Positions 1 through 12,150 of a DNA stretch of 64,000 nucleotides are shown piece after piece (the first letter of the stretch is position 1; every line of letters starts with the position of its first letter). This stretch comes from Octopus bimaculoides (taxonomy: Eukaryota). Location of the stretch: the NCBI RefSeq assembly GCF_001194135.2, contig NC_068984.1:68141557-68205556 (forward strand). Direction: 5' to 3'. The notes beneath the pieces are model-generated. The model worked only from the letters and a program-made list of their open reading frames with translations, searched no databases and was not told the DNA's origin. Position numbers and translations under genes: made by a program.

Positions 1-19
1 CTTGATTGCTGAATCCTCA

Positions 20-179
20 AGTTCTTTTTTATTCTCTTTCCGTTTATTTTCTCATATTCCTTTCTGTTGAAGAGCATAGGCTCAAAACGTAAAAGACTTT
101 CTCATCTTCCCAAGCATCAAACTAATACACCTGCTTGTTGTTTACACCTGTCTTCATCCTTTGTTTTTCTGTAAATTTA

Positions 180-183
<4 letters not shown>
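20..183 (+). mobile_element. Penelope-like retroelement terminal-repeat fragment containing a hammerhead-like motif (copy 1)
   Basis: Homologous to 47043-47210 (shared TTCCTTTCTGTTGAAGA..TAGGCTC.AAAC.TAAAAGA...TCAAACTAATACACCTGCTT...TTTTTCTGTAAATT). Followed by (TA)n. The CTG.TGA-hairpin-GAAAC layout is typical of Penelope-like termini; the family assignment is inference. Confidence 0.55.
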
Positions 184-222
<39 letters not shown>

Positions 223-248
223 CATGTGTGTGTGTATATATGTGTGTA
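184..248. repeat. (TA)n/(TG)n microsatellite
   Basis: Directly visible. Confidence 0.95.
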
Positions 249-1604
249 TCAGATGGTTATTTTGCGTCTAATTTAAAGATTGTATGGCCATAAATTTTTC
301 ACATGGGCCATTTCATCATGTGAGGTGTCCAAATTTCATGAAAAACGAGTATGTTGAATTACATAGAGCTTACAGAGTAGAACTAACCTCGCATTTGAAT
401 TCAGCATGTTCAAACAAGTTAAGAACAAATGCTGGTATTAATGCAACAAAAACTTTGTTTCTTTGTGCTATTTGTCACTTCTGACAAAAAAGTTATACAC
501 ATATTCTGTATTGTATTTTGGTAGTATTATGTTCGTTCATTTTCCAGTTAAAAAACATATTTAATACACAGGCATTTAACATGTGCATTTCTTACATAAC
601 TACACTCATTTGCCATTCAGAGATTTTCAAACTAACTTATTTATTAATCTCAAGTATGTAGCAGAAATGTGACAGAAGAAAATGGTAAGGAAAAATTTAA
701 ATGTTTCTTCTACAATATAACAATATTTGTTTCAACACAAAATTTCAAATCTAATTTCTTCCTTTAAATAAACTAGTTTTCATATGAATGTTCGAAAAAT
801 ATTTCAGCTTTGGGGCTTGTTGTGCTATATTATAAAAATATATTAACTCTCTCACTCAGGCTATATTTTGGGAAGGTTCTATTAGAAAATTATAGAATCA
901 AAGGTTTTTCTTTGTTTTTTTTCCTTGTCACCCCAGTTATTTGCACTGTGTTTATTTGTCTTTCTTTGACACAAATTTCTTTATTCTAAACAATAACATC
1001 TTTTTTCTCTTTCCTTCTCTATATTTGCAATAAAAGTAGATTTAATATTAAAGGTTACTGTTATCTGTAGCATCAACGTTATATTATAACAACACGGCTA
1101 ATACAGAACACCTCAGGGAAATGTTCTGTATACTAAATAGGAGGAAGAGAAAGATGGTTTATCTTATCAAAACTTTGACACACACCCAATTATTTGAAAT
1201 ATTGTTGTAATAAAGCAGCTTGACAATTTATGTATTGGAAAAAATATTTGGAAAACATATCAAGTTATGGTCAGTCATTGAGCTTTGATTGATGCTGAAA
1301 ATGGTCACATAATGAAAAAAAGAATTCATTCCATATTCATTATTAGAAAAAAATATTAACAGTAGCTACCTTTGTTGCTTTCATTTGTCTTATACATTGA
1401 TTATAAAGATATCAAAATATCGCATTAATTCTTTTGAATATGAATAGATGGAGACACTGTGTATTTTCAACTTGATACATGAATATGAGATGCTCTTTCA
1501 AATGGTTTCTCAGCAACCAGTCAAATCTTGAAGACTAATTATATTTCAGTGTGCATATGACTATTTTTGCTTCCCCACTATTTTCCGTAGTTCAAGTGTT
1601 TGAA

Positions 1605-1780
1605 TAATTGGCAATCTGAAACTCAGTGTTATGATGCATCTAAAAAAAACACCCAGTACACTCAGTAAAGTGGTTGGTGTTAGGAAGGGCATCCAACTAT
1701 AGAAACAATTTCAAAGCAGACAGCAGAGCTTAGCACAGTCCTCTGGCTCACCAGCTCAGCTCCTGTCAAATCATCCTATG

Positions 1781-1782
<2 letters not shown>
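1605..1782 (+). mobile_element. RTE-tail repeat (family C: truncated RTE LINE 3' end or RTE-mobilised SINE)
   Basis: Motif CAGTACACTC..AGTGGTTGGTGTTAGGAAGGGCATCCA.CT.TAGAAAC is shared with 32398-33097 and 36452-36935. Confidence 0.75.
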
Positions 1783-1821
<39 letters not shown>

Positions 1822-2319
1822 NNNNNNNNNNNNNNNNNNNNNNNNNNNNNNNNNNNNNNNNNNNNNNNNNNNNNNNNNNNNNNNNNNNNNNNNNNNNNNN
1901 NNNNNNNNNNNNNNNNNNNNNNNNNNNNNNNNNNNNNNNNNNNNNNNNNNNNNNNNNNNNNNNNNNNNNNNNNNNNNNNNNNNNNNNNNNNNNNNNNNNN
2001 NNNNNNNNNNNNNNNNNNNNNNNNNNNNNNNNNNNNNNNNNNNNNNNNNNNNNNNNNNNNNNNNNNNNNNNNNNNNNNNNNNNNNNNNNNNNNNNNNNNN
2101 NNNNNNNNNNNNNNNNNNNNNNNNNNNNNNNNNNNNNNNNNNNNNNNNNNNNNNNNNNNNNNNNNNNNNNNNNNNNNNNNNNNNNNNNNNNNNNNNNNNN
2201 NNNNNNNNNNNNNNNNNNNNNNNNNNNNNNNNNNNNNNNNNNNNNNNNNNNNNNNNNNNNNNNNNNNNNNNNNNNNNNNNNNNNNNNNNNNNNNNNNNNN
2301 NNNNNNNNNNNNNNNNNNN
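1822..2319. other. Assembly gap (N-run). Other gaps: 9166-9790, 19719-19999, 23539-23910, 25945-25954, 30226-30789, 35469-36411, 37170-37806, 45575-46158, 49156-49165, 60816-60825
   Basis: Runs of n. Most are bordered by (AT)n or (CA)n tracts. Confidence 0.99.
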
Positions 2320-2500
2320 CACTAACGTGGACATTCAATGTGCTAGAAATAGATCACATCTTGTGTCTACTAAGACCTAAATTGTTCTCAAAACGAAATT
2401 TAGCGGAATACCAAAGCGTAAGCAGGCAATTTAGGTCTTAGTAGACACAAGATGTGATCTATTTCTAGCACATTGAATGTCCACGTTAGTGGTCAACGTT
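2320..2500. mobile_element. Perfect hairpin (foldback/MITE-like) element, left end lost in the gap
   Basis: 2320-2384 is the exact reverse complement of 2427-2491 (65/65) around a 42-nt spacer. The right end GGTCAACGT runs directly into (TA)n. Confidence 0.75.
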
Positions 2501-2744
2501 ATATATATATATATATATATATATAATGTATGTATATATTGTCAGTATTTTATATATCTGATAAAGAAGCATGCTCTAAAGCATTAGAGCAGTAATGTAT
2601 TGTTTAGGAAGTTAAAAGTTATGTCTGGTCATACAGTGATCATTGGTTTCACATCTATAAACTACTTAGCAGTATAGGTGACTTGTTAGACTCAAATGGC
2701 TGAAGGCACATAACCTGACTAGAACTGGAATAAGTAATACATAA

Positions 2745-2915
2745 TAATCAGTTGGTTTTGTAAACAAGAAAAAAAAAATCTCACTCTATGACCAGCCATA
2801 GAAACCAACCAAAAACAGACTGGAGGCTTGGTACAGCTCCCTAGCTTACCAGCTACAGACAAACTATCTAACCCATGCCAGCATGGAAAACAGACGTCAA
2901 ATGATGATGATAATG
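2745..2915 (+). mobile_element. RTE-tail repeat (family C)
   Basis: CCAGC.ATAGAAAC...CTAACCCATGCCAGCATGGAAAACAGACGTCAAATGATGATG tail. Confidence 0.75.
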
Positions 2916-3631
2916 ATGATATATCTATATATTTAATTATACAAGCATGCACACTTATGTTTCGGTGTGTATGAGTGTGTATGAATGTGCCTGCGTGTGT
3001 TTTAACAATAACTGCATTCAAGTAAAATATTATTGTATAACTCCTCAAATCCAACAGATTTGCCATCATTCTTCCTGTTGACAGCTTACACTAACACTAC
3101 ATATCTTTGTCATGTCTTTGAAATACATCCTAGATATTAAGCTAAACATTACTGAATTTTCATTAAGCATTTCTATGGAAATTTTGAATTTTAGAAACTG
3201 ATAGAGTTGTAATATTGAGACAGTTTAGCAAAACATTTACAAAAGCTACGAAAAAAAAAAAAAATAAATTTCTTAGAAATAAATCCAAAAGGTAAGGTCG
3301 ACACAAAGAACGTCACAGCTAGAGAGAGGAGGGGAAAGAGAGAGAGAAAGAAAGAGAGAGAAAGAGAGATGGTGAAACAGGGCACCAGATGTACAGACAC
3401 ACGAATAAAGACATTGAGACTGACAGCTGAAGTTAAGAGACTTCTTGAAGAGCAGATGTGTGGTGAAAAATTTTAGTAGGAAATAACAGATATATATATG
3501 TAGGTGGCAGTGCAAAAGAAAGTAAGGGAGGTAATTAAATTAAAGTTATGATGAAAGATAATTTTTGAAATGCGAAGAGATCTAGAATAAGTAAAACAAC
3601 TGAGAATTCAAGGAGATAAAAGACAATAAAG

Positions 3632-3717
<86 letters not shown>

Positions 3718-3723
3718 AATATA

Positions 3724-3777
<54 letters not shown>

Positions 3778-3970
3778 CTTACATATATATATAAATTTAT
3801 ATATATACATACATATATTCGCACATACACATATGTGTACATATTTATTGCATAACATATGTGTGTTTATATGTATGTTAAATCTGTGTGTGTGATAATA
3901 TAATAAAACTAATAATAATGATAATGATAATAATAACAATAACAATAATAATAATAATAATAATAATAAT
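3632..3970. repeat. Compound (AT)n/(CA)n/(AAT)n microsatellite field
   Basis: Directly visible. It explains the YIYIY, HTHTH and LLLL ORFs. Confidence 0.95.
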
Positions 3971-4805
3971 TGAAAGGGAGTATTTAATGATAGAAGACAC
4001 ACACAAAAAAAAATAACAAAATGGAAATATGTGTTAAAATAAAGCAAGCAGTAAAAAGAAGGAATTAAATGAGAGAGACAGTTTAATGATAGATTGACTA
4101 AGTACGGAGAACCATAAGCTGGAGAGATTAGGAGTAAAGACTTCTCAGCAAAGATATTAAGAAAGAGAGAGTTAGATTGAGAAAGTGAGCGTGCGAGAGA
4201 GAGAGATAGCATGAATGAGAGAGAGAGAAGATGAGTAAAAAAGATGTAGTAAAAGTGAAGGAGTAGTACTATGGAACAATGTATGTGTGTGTTTATATAT
4301 TAAGAGAAAAGATAAAAAAATGAATGGAAATAACCGAGTAAATGAAAAGGTGGTAGGAATATCCTATCAAAGTAGAGGATTTAAAATCCAAAATAATATT
4401 TCTTGAAGCTTATCTCTATGATTATATTGGCTTCTCCAAATAAGTAGAATTCTATAAAAGCCTTTGAGGTGTCAGTTTATAGGAGACAGAAGCAAATAAC
4501 TTGAGTGATGAAAATGTCTTTACTAGAACACAAACCACTCAAAATTCACTTGCACAGTGGCTTTCATTATCATCACAGAGATAAACACAGCCATAACAAT
4601 TTTGAGTGCTTTGTTGTGTAAAGAAATTCATATGCTTATTAAACAAAAATAGAAGAAAGTCAGATGGAAATGTGTGTGTGTATGTGTGTGTGCGTGCACG
4701 TGCACGCTCACACATACATTATTATAAATCTATCTAGCTATATATATATGTGCACTGTTACACTCACATACACACCTATAAATATATATATGTGTTGGTG
4801 TGTGT

Positions 4806-4851
<46 letters not shown>

Positions 4852-5041
4852 TTGTGTGCAGATATATTTGCAGAGAACTGTGTATAGATCAGATAGATAC
4901 ACATGAATATATCAACAATATGATGTGAAAAAAACTCTCATATTCAAAAGAAAAAAAGCATAGCCTGTACAACATGTATTGAGTGCTTACATCGCATTCA
5001 CTCAGTACAAATCAATGTACATGTATATGTGTATAAAGATA

Positions 5042-5089
<48 letters not shown>

Positions 5090-5455
5090 TACAATATTCA
5101 CATGTATGTTTATAAACATATATGTATAAAAGCCTACATAGTAGACACACAAACATAAAATTGAAAAACCAGCCTTAATAGATTGTTAACCCTTATTAGG
5201 GACACATCAGAGGTGCCTACAACACTTGACCACTTCTTGAGAGGTAAATCACCAATCTGTTTATATACACTTCAAATCTTGTTGCTTCAGAGAAATGGAG
5301 CAACTAATTTGCATTCTATAAGTTCTTAGTGCTTTATTTAGTATCAGAAGCCTGTCTGCAGGGAACCGTGTGCACACCGCACATGCACACATATTGATGG
5401 TTGGTGATTAAACAAGAAACTTATTAGATGTCTTGAACAATTGAAGATACATTAA

Positions 5456-5648
5456 CTCTTTAGCCAAAATATTCTATCTGTGTTATGTCCAAACTAACCA
5501 AATTTGGCTCCTCACACCTACCGTACAATGTCATTCTAATAATAAACAATCGCATCATTGAAATATCGAAGTTGTAAGACAATGCATGATTAAGTCAAAG
5601 CAACGTGAATAGCAATGCATTTGACTGAGAAATTTGAATGCTAAGTGG
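5456..5648 (+). mobile_element. piggyBac-type MITE (TTAA-flanked), decayed
   Basis: TTAA|CTCTTTAG...AATGCTAAGTGG|TTAA. The interior is homologous to 7731-7948. Confidence 0.7.
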
Positions 5649-6540
5649 TTAAGACTTTCCATTCCTGTAAAAAAAATTTTTTTTCTTTACAAAAACAGTT
5701 GTTTATAAATCAGAAACACGAAAAATAACACATGAGAGACACTGGACATATATCAAGGATTGTAGACATAATGATTCTAAATTTATGCAAAGTGCTGTGG
5801 ATATTAATTTTGTCTTCCTTGAAACAGAACAAAATGACCACAATTTAGGACAAATCACCAAGAAGTTAATATTTTCTCACATGTTCTACATTTTATTTAC
5901 CACCAAAACATTTTTAGATCTCAAATACTAAAATTCCTCAAGTTGAAAAGAAGCACAATGTCAGCTGCTTATTATGATCATTTTAGGTATAGGGAGATTT
6001 TAGATAACAATAGCTGTCTGAAAACATTAAATAATGAATATGATGGTTTCCTAAGTATGTTTTGAACCCACTAATTTTGATAACAATGATTGTTTTGATA
6101 ACATTATTCATGATTATAATAAACACCTTTCACTGTTCCTCATGGCAAGAACGATTGGCTGCTCCAAATTGTAGTAAACTCCATAAAATTAGGTTTATTT
6201 GTGCAAGGTGTGGGTTTGGTTGTGAGAGCAATAGATTTTCCTCAAGCAAATCTTCACAAGATATTCTATATGAATATAAATATGTATATGGAGCCCTTAT
6301 AATACAATAGATTAAGGAGCTCACCACATGCACTGCGCTATATTAGAATATTTGTACAATTGATATAAAGGAATAATATAATCATAAACATACTATTTCA
6401 CTCCCAAACAAAAGCTGTCAATTCCTACTGATGCATCACATCTTGTAAAATCTGTTATTTCTATACATTAATCACTTATCCAGCAACTGCAAGTAGATTA
6501 TAGCAACTTCTTTCTCCTGTAAATCAGTACTTTGTAAGCA

Positions 6541-6935
6541 GTGGTTTGCTGTGGTTGTGAGGTAAGAAGTTTGCATTTCAACCTCATTGTTCTGGGTTCA
6601 GTTCTAATGTATGGCACCTTGAGCAAGTGTCTTCTACTATAGCCTCATGCCAACCAAAGCATTGTGAGTGGATTTAGTAGACGGAAACTGAAAAGAAGCT
6701 CATTGTGTATATGTGTGTTTGTGTCCATGCTTGTCCCTCACCACATGACAACTGTTGTTGGTGTGCTTATGTTCCTGTAACTTAGTGGATTGGCAAAAAA
6801 GATCGATAGAATAAGTACCAGGCTTTAAAAATAATAATTACTGGGACTGATTCTTTCCAAAATTCTGAAAATTCTTCCAGGCAGAGGCCCAGCAGGGCCT
6901 TAGTCTAATAACTTAAACAAATAAACGATAAAGGA
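6541..6935 (+). mobile_element. SINE family A (tRNA-like head, central domain, internal TG linker, 3' tail)
   Basis: GGTAAGAAG...GGGTTCAG...GGCACCTTGAGCAAGTGTCTTCTACTATAGCC...GGAAACTGAAAGAAG, shared by more than 15 copies in the window. Confidence 0.85.
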
Positions 6936-6951
6936 TTATTATAATCAATGC

Positions 6952-6952
<1 letters not shown>

Positions 6953-7021
<69 letters not shown>

Positions 7022-7022
7022 T
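6953..7022. repeat. (ATT)n microsatellite
   Basis: Directly visible. Confidence 0.95.
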
Positions 7023-7475
7023 AGGTGGTGGATAAGCAAAATAGGGATTTGGGGAAAATGCTTTGCAGTATTTGTTCTGGATCTTTAGGTTCTGAGTTCA
7101 AATTTCACCAAAGTCAACTTTGCCTTTCATCCCTCCAGGGTTAATAAAATAAAAGGCCAGTTGAGCACTGAGATTGATGTAATTGATTAGCTGCTTCCCC
7201 TAAAATTGCTAACCTTGACTCAAAATTTGAAACAATTATTTTTGTTGTTTCTAAGGTTTTTAGCTAACATAAACATTAGCATGCCGGACAAAATGCTTAG
7301 TGGCATTTTGTCTGTCTTCATATCCAGACCTCAAATTCTGATGAGGTTGACTTTGCCTTTTATCCTTTTGGAGGTCGATAAAATAAGTGCTTGTCAAGTA
7401 TTGGGTCACTTAATCTCTAATTAACTTAACCCTCAAAAACTGCTAGCCCTATACCAAAATTTGAAACCACCATTA
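7022..7475 (+). mobile_element. Two tandem SINE family B copies (7022-7240 and 7255-7475)
   Basis: AAATGCTT...TTCTGAGTTCAAAT (B-box-like)...CAACTTTGCCTTTCATCC...GATAAAATAAG motif occurs twice. Confidence 0.8.
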
Positions 7476-7730
7476 TTGTTGTTGTTGCTTTATTTCCTTT
7501 ACAAGAACTATAAAATTGACAAGGTGTCTTCGAAGCTTTGCCAGTACCAATTTTGGCCTTTGTAATCCTAAACATCAACCATAAATGTTTTATGCCCTTC
7601 TTCTTTGTTTAGAAATTGTAGTATGCTACAATTTTGTGATTGGAATAAATAAATTGAATTGAGAAACAAAATTGAATCTCAGGGAAAACAAACTGTAACA
7701 ATTGTTTCTAATCTATTAGATATGAGTTAA

Positions 7731-7948
7731 ACCTTTAGTATTAAAACTGGCCATATCCAGTCCAAACATTCCACCTGTTTTATGATCAGACCAGAAAGAT
7801 TTGGCCTCCCACGCCTATTCTACAATGTCATTCTTAATATAAACAATCACATCTTTGAAATCTCAAAGCCATAAGGTAATGCATGATTAATTCAAAGCAA
7901 GATGAATAAATAGGCATTACATAAGACAGTAATCCGAATGCTAAAGGG
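7731..7948 (+). mobile_element. piggyBac-type MITE (TTAA-flanked)
   Basis: TTAA|ACCTTTAGTATT...AATGCTAAAGGG|TTAA. The inverted termini CCCTTTAGCATT and TTAA target duplication are piggyBac hallmarks. Confidence 0.8.
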
Positions 7949-8299
7949 TTAAATTTCCTTGATGTATTATATAACAGGTGAATAGCAACAACAAGATAGA
8001 ACACGTAGTATGAGAGTTAGTAATATTTACTGTCCAAGATTTATATTAAAAAGAGAGAGGGAGAGAGAAAGAGACAAAGAGAGAGAGAAGGAGAAAAAGA
8101 GAGAGAAGGAGAAAAAGAGAGAGAAGTCGGTATGTGTGAGAGAAGGAATTTTGTAGTCAAAACAGTTTTGCATAAGACAAATAGCATAGACTTCTAACAG
8201 TTATACCAGCTTGAAATATTCTATTTTGTGTAACACACAAAAATAGCCCCCTGTATATTTCATTCAATAAATCAATGGATAATACAGTATAATGATTGT

Positions 8300-8631
8300 T
8301 TTAGTAAATATAAAAGAAAACAACATATAAATTAAGTATAATATATTCAATTCTTTTGCCATTGTTATTTCAAAGAAGTTCTTGAAAAATATTCCAAGAT
8401 TATAGTTCTGTTTAACCAAATCTAATTCAACATCAACTTATTGAAATTGATAACATAACCTTCATATTCCATAGCAAGTTCTTCAAATAATCTATTGTAA
8501 TCAAATGTTTTGAATGTAATATGTTGAACCCCCTTCCAATGAGAAGAAATATTTGTATATTCTTTACGAAAAAGACACTTATAAAATATTTGTGTTTTCC
8601 ATTTATCAGTAGATACTCTTTTTATATATTG
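8300..8631 (-). other. Protein-like open frame(s) of unknown origin (candidate exon or decayed gene fragment)
   Basis: A stop-free 69-codon frame at 8422-8631 reads ...KEYTNISSHWKGVQHITFKTFDYNRLFEELAMEYEG... It overlaps a second frame, VDVELDLVKQNYNLGIFFKNFFEITMAKELNI. No family recognised. Confidence 0.2.
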
Positions 8632-8884
8632 TTATTAGTTCATGAGTTTCAATTCAAACAAGAAATCTAATTTTAAATTGTCAATGAAGTACATACACAC
8701 TGTTTGATTTTAGACTTAATATAATATGATATAATATAATATAATATATAATATATTATAATATGGTATAATGTAATATGATATAATATCACATGATGTG
8801 ATATAACAAAACATAATATAATATAGTATAATATAATATAATATAATATATGTTTCTAAAATAGATTCAAGCTTTGACATTTAG

Positions 8885-9062
8885 GGAGAAGAAAGTTGCC
8901 AACTATATACTGATTCAACTTATTTGACTGGTATCTTATTATATCAACCCTGGAGGGATAAAACGCAAAGGTGGCTGCAGCAGGATTTGAACTGGGAATG
9001 CAAAGAAATGGAACAACTGAAATAAATCACTTCATCTGACTCAGTAATAACACTGCCACCCT
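8885..9062 (-). mobile_element. SINE family B
   Basis: Reverse complement of the family B core (GACTGGTATCTTATTATATCAACCC...GGATAAAACGCAAAG...ATTTGAACT). Confidence 0.7.
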
Positions 9063-9118
9063 ATAATATATCATATACATATGTATGTTTATACATACAT
9101 ACATACATACATACATAC

Positions 9119-9165
<47 letters not shown>

Positions 9166-9911
9166 NNNNNNNNNNNNNNNNNNNNNNNNNNNNNNNNNNN
9201 NNNNNNNNNNNNNNNNNNNNNNNNNNNNNNNNNNNNNNNNNNNNNNNNNNNNNNNNNNNNNNNNNNNNNNNNNNNNNNNNNNNNNNNNNNNNNNNNNNNN
9301 NNNNNNNNNNNNNNNNNNNNNNNNNNNNNNNNNNNNNNNNNNNNNNNNNNNNNNNNNNNNNNNNNNNNNNNNNNNNNNNNNNNNNNNNNNNNNNNNNNNN
9401 NNNNNNNNNNNNNNNNNNNNNNNNNNNNNNNNNNNNNNNNNNNNNNNNNNNNNNNNNNNNNNNNNNNNNNNNNNNNNNNNNNNNNNNNNNNNNNNNNNNN
9501 NNNNNNNNNNNNNNNNNNNNNNNNNNNNNNNNNNNNNNNNNNNNNNNNNNNNNNNNNNNNNNNNNNNNNNNNNNNNNNNNNNNNNNNNNNNNNNNNNNNN
9601 NNNNNNNNNNNNNNNNNNNNNNNNNNNNNNNNNNNNNNNNNNNNNNNNNNNNNNNNNNNNNNNNNNNNNNNNNNNNNNNNNNNNNNNNNNNNNNNNNNNN
9701 NNNNNNNNNNNNNNNNNNNNNNNNNNNNNNNNNNNNNNNNNNNNNNNNNNNNNNNNNNNNNNNNNNNNNNNNNNNNNNNNNNNNNNNNNNATATATATGG
9801 TTATATCTATGTAGCTATGTATTCATCTATATATATCTATGTTTGTACGTGTGTATGTTTATATGTATCTGTGTGAATGTGTATCAGTATGTATATATGC
9901 ATATATGCTTG

Positions 9912-10302
9912 TGTTATTCCTTCAGAGAATCCAAGACTATAGAAGAGATGTGTGGAATATGCCATCACAAAAGACCCCCTTCGGTCATGAATGACCATAG
10001 GACTGCACCTAAAAGTTCCCGTCCAAGGCACAAGTCTGGGCAAGGTTGTTTATGGAAGACCAACAGTCACATATACATACCAGCCTCCTCTCACCATTCC
10101 ACTGATGTTATCTAAAGGAAAAGCAAAGGCCGATACAGCTTGGCACCATTGACATCACAACTCATTTCTACAGCTGAGTGAACTGGAGCAGCGGGAAATA
10201 AAGTGTCTTGCTCAAGAACACAACTCACAGCCTGGTCCAGGAATCAAACTCACTACTTCATAATTGAGAGCCCAGTGCTCTAACCACTGAGCCATGTTCC
10301 CT
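9912..10302 (-). mobile_element. SINE with tRNA-like head and shared central domain (D/E group), distinct tail
   Basis: Head reverse complement is GGAACATGGCTCAGTGGTTAGAGCACTGGGCTCTC...GTTTGATTCC. The central CTTGAGCAAGACACTTTATTTC...GCTCCAGTTCACTCAGCTG is shared with the copies at 17210, 31755 and 49700. Confidence 0.75.
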
Positions 10303-10989
10303 CACTACGCTAAAACTAACTTTTTCACTAGAGATCTGTGTGATGCAGCCATATTCAATAGACAGAGATGCTAGATCAGCATATGGTTAAGTGAAAAAGA
10401 GCTGCACACCACATGCATGAAACTCTCTTGTTCTCTCACAACATCCCCAGTGACAAGATAAAGTCAAGACAACTGAGAATGCAAGAGATTTCCAAAGTGG
10501 CTGATGGGATCTTCAGACCTCACAGAACCATCAAACTAGCGGAATGCGTCTAGGCCATAAAAGACTATTTCAAATGATTGTCCTGCATTAGTGCTTGTAG
10601 ACCAGAACAATGTTATGTTGCCACCTGTACCAGTTGCCTCTACTCATCTGCTGTCACCTACATAAAGTTGTGGAAACGAAAGTAATTTATTTCTTCCATG
10701 CTTCATGTCAATAAAACAGAAAAAAAAATGTAGCTAACCATACATACATACTTAATGTGCATATGTGTACATTACTGGGATGGCCATTGATTCTTCTGAG
10801 TTCATCTGCCCATTGACAGGTCTTCATTTCCATCCTGCAATGTGCAAAATCATTCTCCTTATCTGACAGGTGTGATGGAGTTGCTTGTTTAGTAGTCAAC
10901 AACCTGATTACATGCTGTCAGTAACTGTTTGTAAAAGACCTGATGCAGTGTGTGTGTACATATATATATATAAACAGAGACAAGGAGAG

Positions 10990-11033
<44 letters not shown>

Positions 11034-11221
11034 CAGATAGAAAGAGAGAGAGGGATGGACAGATGGACAGACAGACAGATAGCTAGACGGATGGAAGGAT
11101 TGATAGATGGATAGGGGGAGATGGACAGATAGAAGGATGGATGAATTGATGGATAAGGGGATAAAAGAGACAGACAGACAGACACACAGATAAACAGATA
11201 GAAAAACATATAAATGTATAA

Positions 11222-11560
11222 ATTAGGCAGTCTTCTATCATAGCTCAGGGCTTGCCAATGTCTTGTGAGTAGGTTTATTTGCTAGGAACTGAAAGAAGCA
11301 CTCTTATATGTGTGCATGTGTGTTTCTGTCTCACTGTGTCTCTTGTAAACATTACTGTCATGCAAACAGTGTCTTTTTTTCTAGTCTTCCCATCAAGGAG
11401 AAATATTACCTAACTTGGAAAAAAAAGTGATGGTTGGCAACAGGAAGGGCATCTGACCATAACAAAATTGGTTTCAACAAATTCCTTCTGAGTCATGCAA
11501 GCATCACAAAGTGAACATTAAAGTGACTGATGATGTTGACGATGACAATGATGATGATAA
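11222..11560 (+). mobile_element. SINE family A variant carrying an RTE-type (ATG)n tail
   Basis: Family A central domain followed by CAACAGGAAGGGCATC...CATGCAAGCAT...GATGATG. Same structure as 28350-28815. Confidence 0.65.
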
Positions 11561-11594
11561 TGATGTTGATGACATACATACATATATAGTCAAC

Positions 11595-11750
11595 TCTGTG
11601 GAGTGGTTGGTTTTAGGAAGGGCATCCAACCATAAAATCCCTGCCAAAACAAACAGAGTAACCTAGGGTAGTTTTTCTACCTCGCCGACTCTTGTCAACT
11701 GTCCTACCTATGCATGCATGGAAGATGGACGCTAAACGATGATGATGCTG
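11595..11750 (+). mobile_element. RTE-tail repeat (family C)
   Basis: GGAGTGGTTGG..TTAGGAAGGGCATCCA...CATGGAAGATGGACGCTAAACGATGATG. Confidence 0.75.
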
Positions 11751-11756
11751 ATATAT

Positions 11757-12150
11757 GCATGGCTGTATGGTAAGAAGCTTGCTTCCCAACCACATGGCCC
11801 CAGGTTCAGCCCCACTGAGTGGCACCTTGGGGGCAAATGCCTTCTGCTAAAGCCTTGGGCCGACCAAAGCCTTTGTAAGTGAATTTGGTAGACAGAAACT
11901 GAAAGAAGCCCGTCATATGAATATATGTGTGTGTGTGTGTGTCTGTGTTTGTCCCCCCTTCACTGCTTGACAACCACTGTTGGTGTGTTTATGTCCCTGT
12001 TATTTAGCAGTTTGGAAAAATAGATCATTGGAATAAATACCAGGCTTTTAAAAAAGATGTACTGGGTCAATACATTTGACAATAAATTCTTCAAGGTGGT
12101 GCCCGAGGATGGTTGCAGTCTAATGACTGAAACAAGCAAAAGATAAAAGA
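11757..12150 (+). mobile_element. SINE family A
   Basis: Full head-to-tail match to family A. Confidence 0.85.

Noticed and set aside
284-484. 66-aa ORF MAINFSHGPF...
   Set aside because: No motif, homology or splice context supports it.
4483-5245. Plus-strand exon-like frames ETEANNLSDENVFTRTQ...* and DTSEVPTTLDHFLR
   Set aside because: They cannot be linked into a consistent gene model. Such short open frames are expected by chance.
6062-6333. Overlapping ORFs on both strands
   Set aside because: No recognisable family, and the strand cannot be decided from sequence alone.
8437-8460. A 23-nt GT..AG segment (about 8437-8459, minus strand) whose removal would join the two frames at 8.3-8.6 kb
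   Set aside because: It is far below the usual metazoan minimum intron length, and frame restoration has a 1-in-3 chance.
10340-10560. SDKIKSRQLR peptide resembling an RTE reverse-transcriptase C-terminal region
   Set aside because: The match covers only about 10 residues with poor flanks. It is possible but unsupportable.
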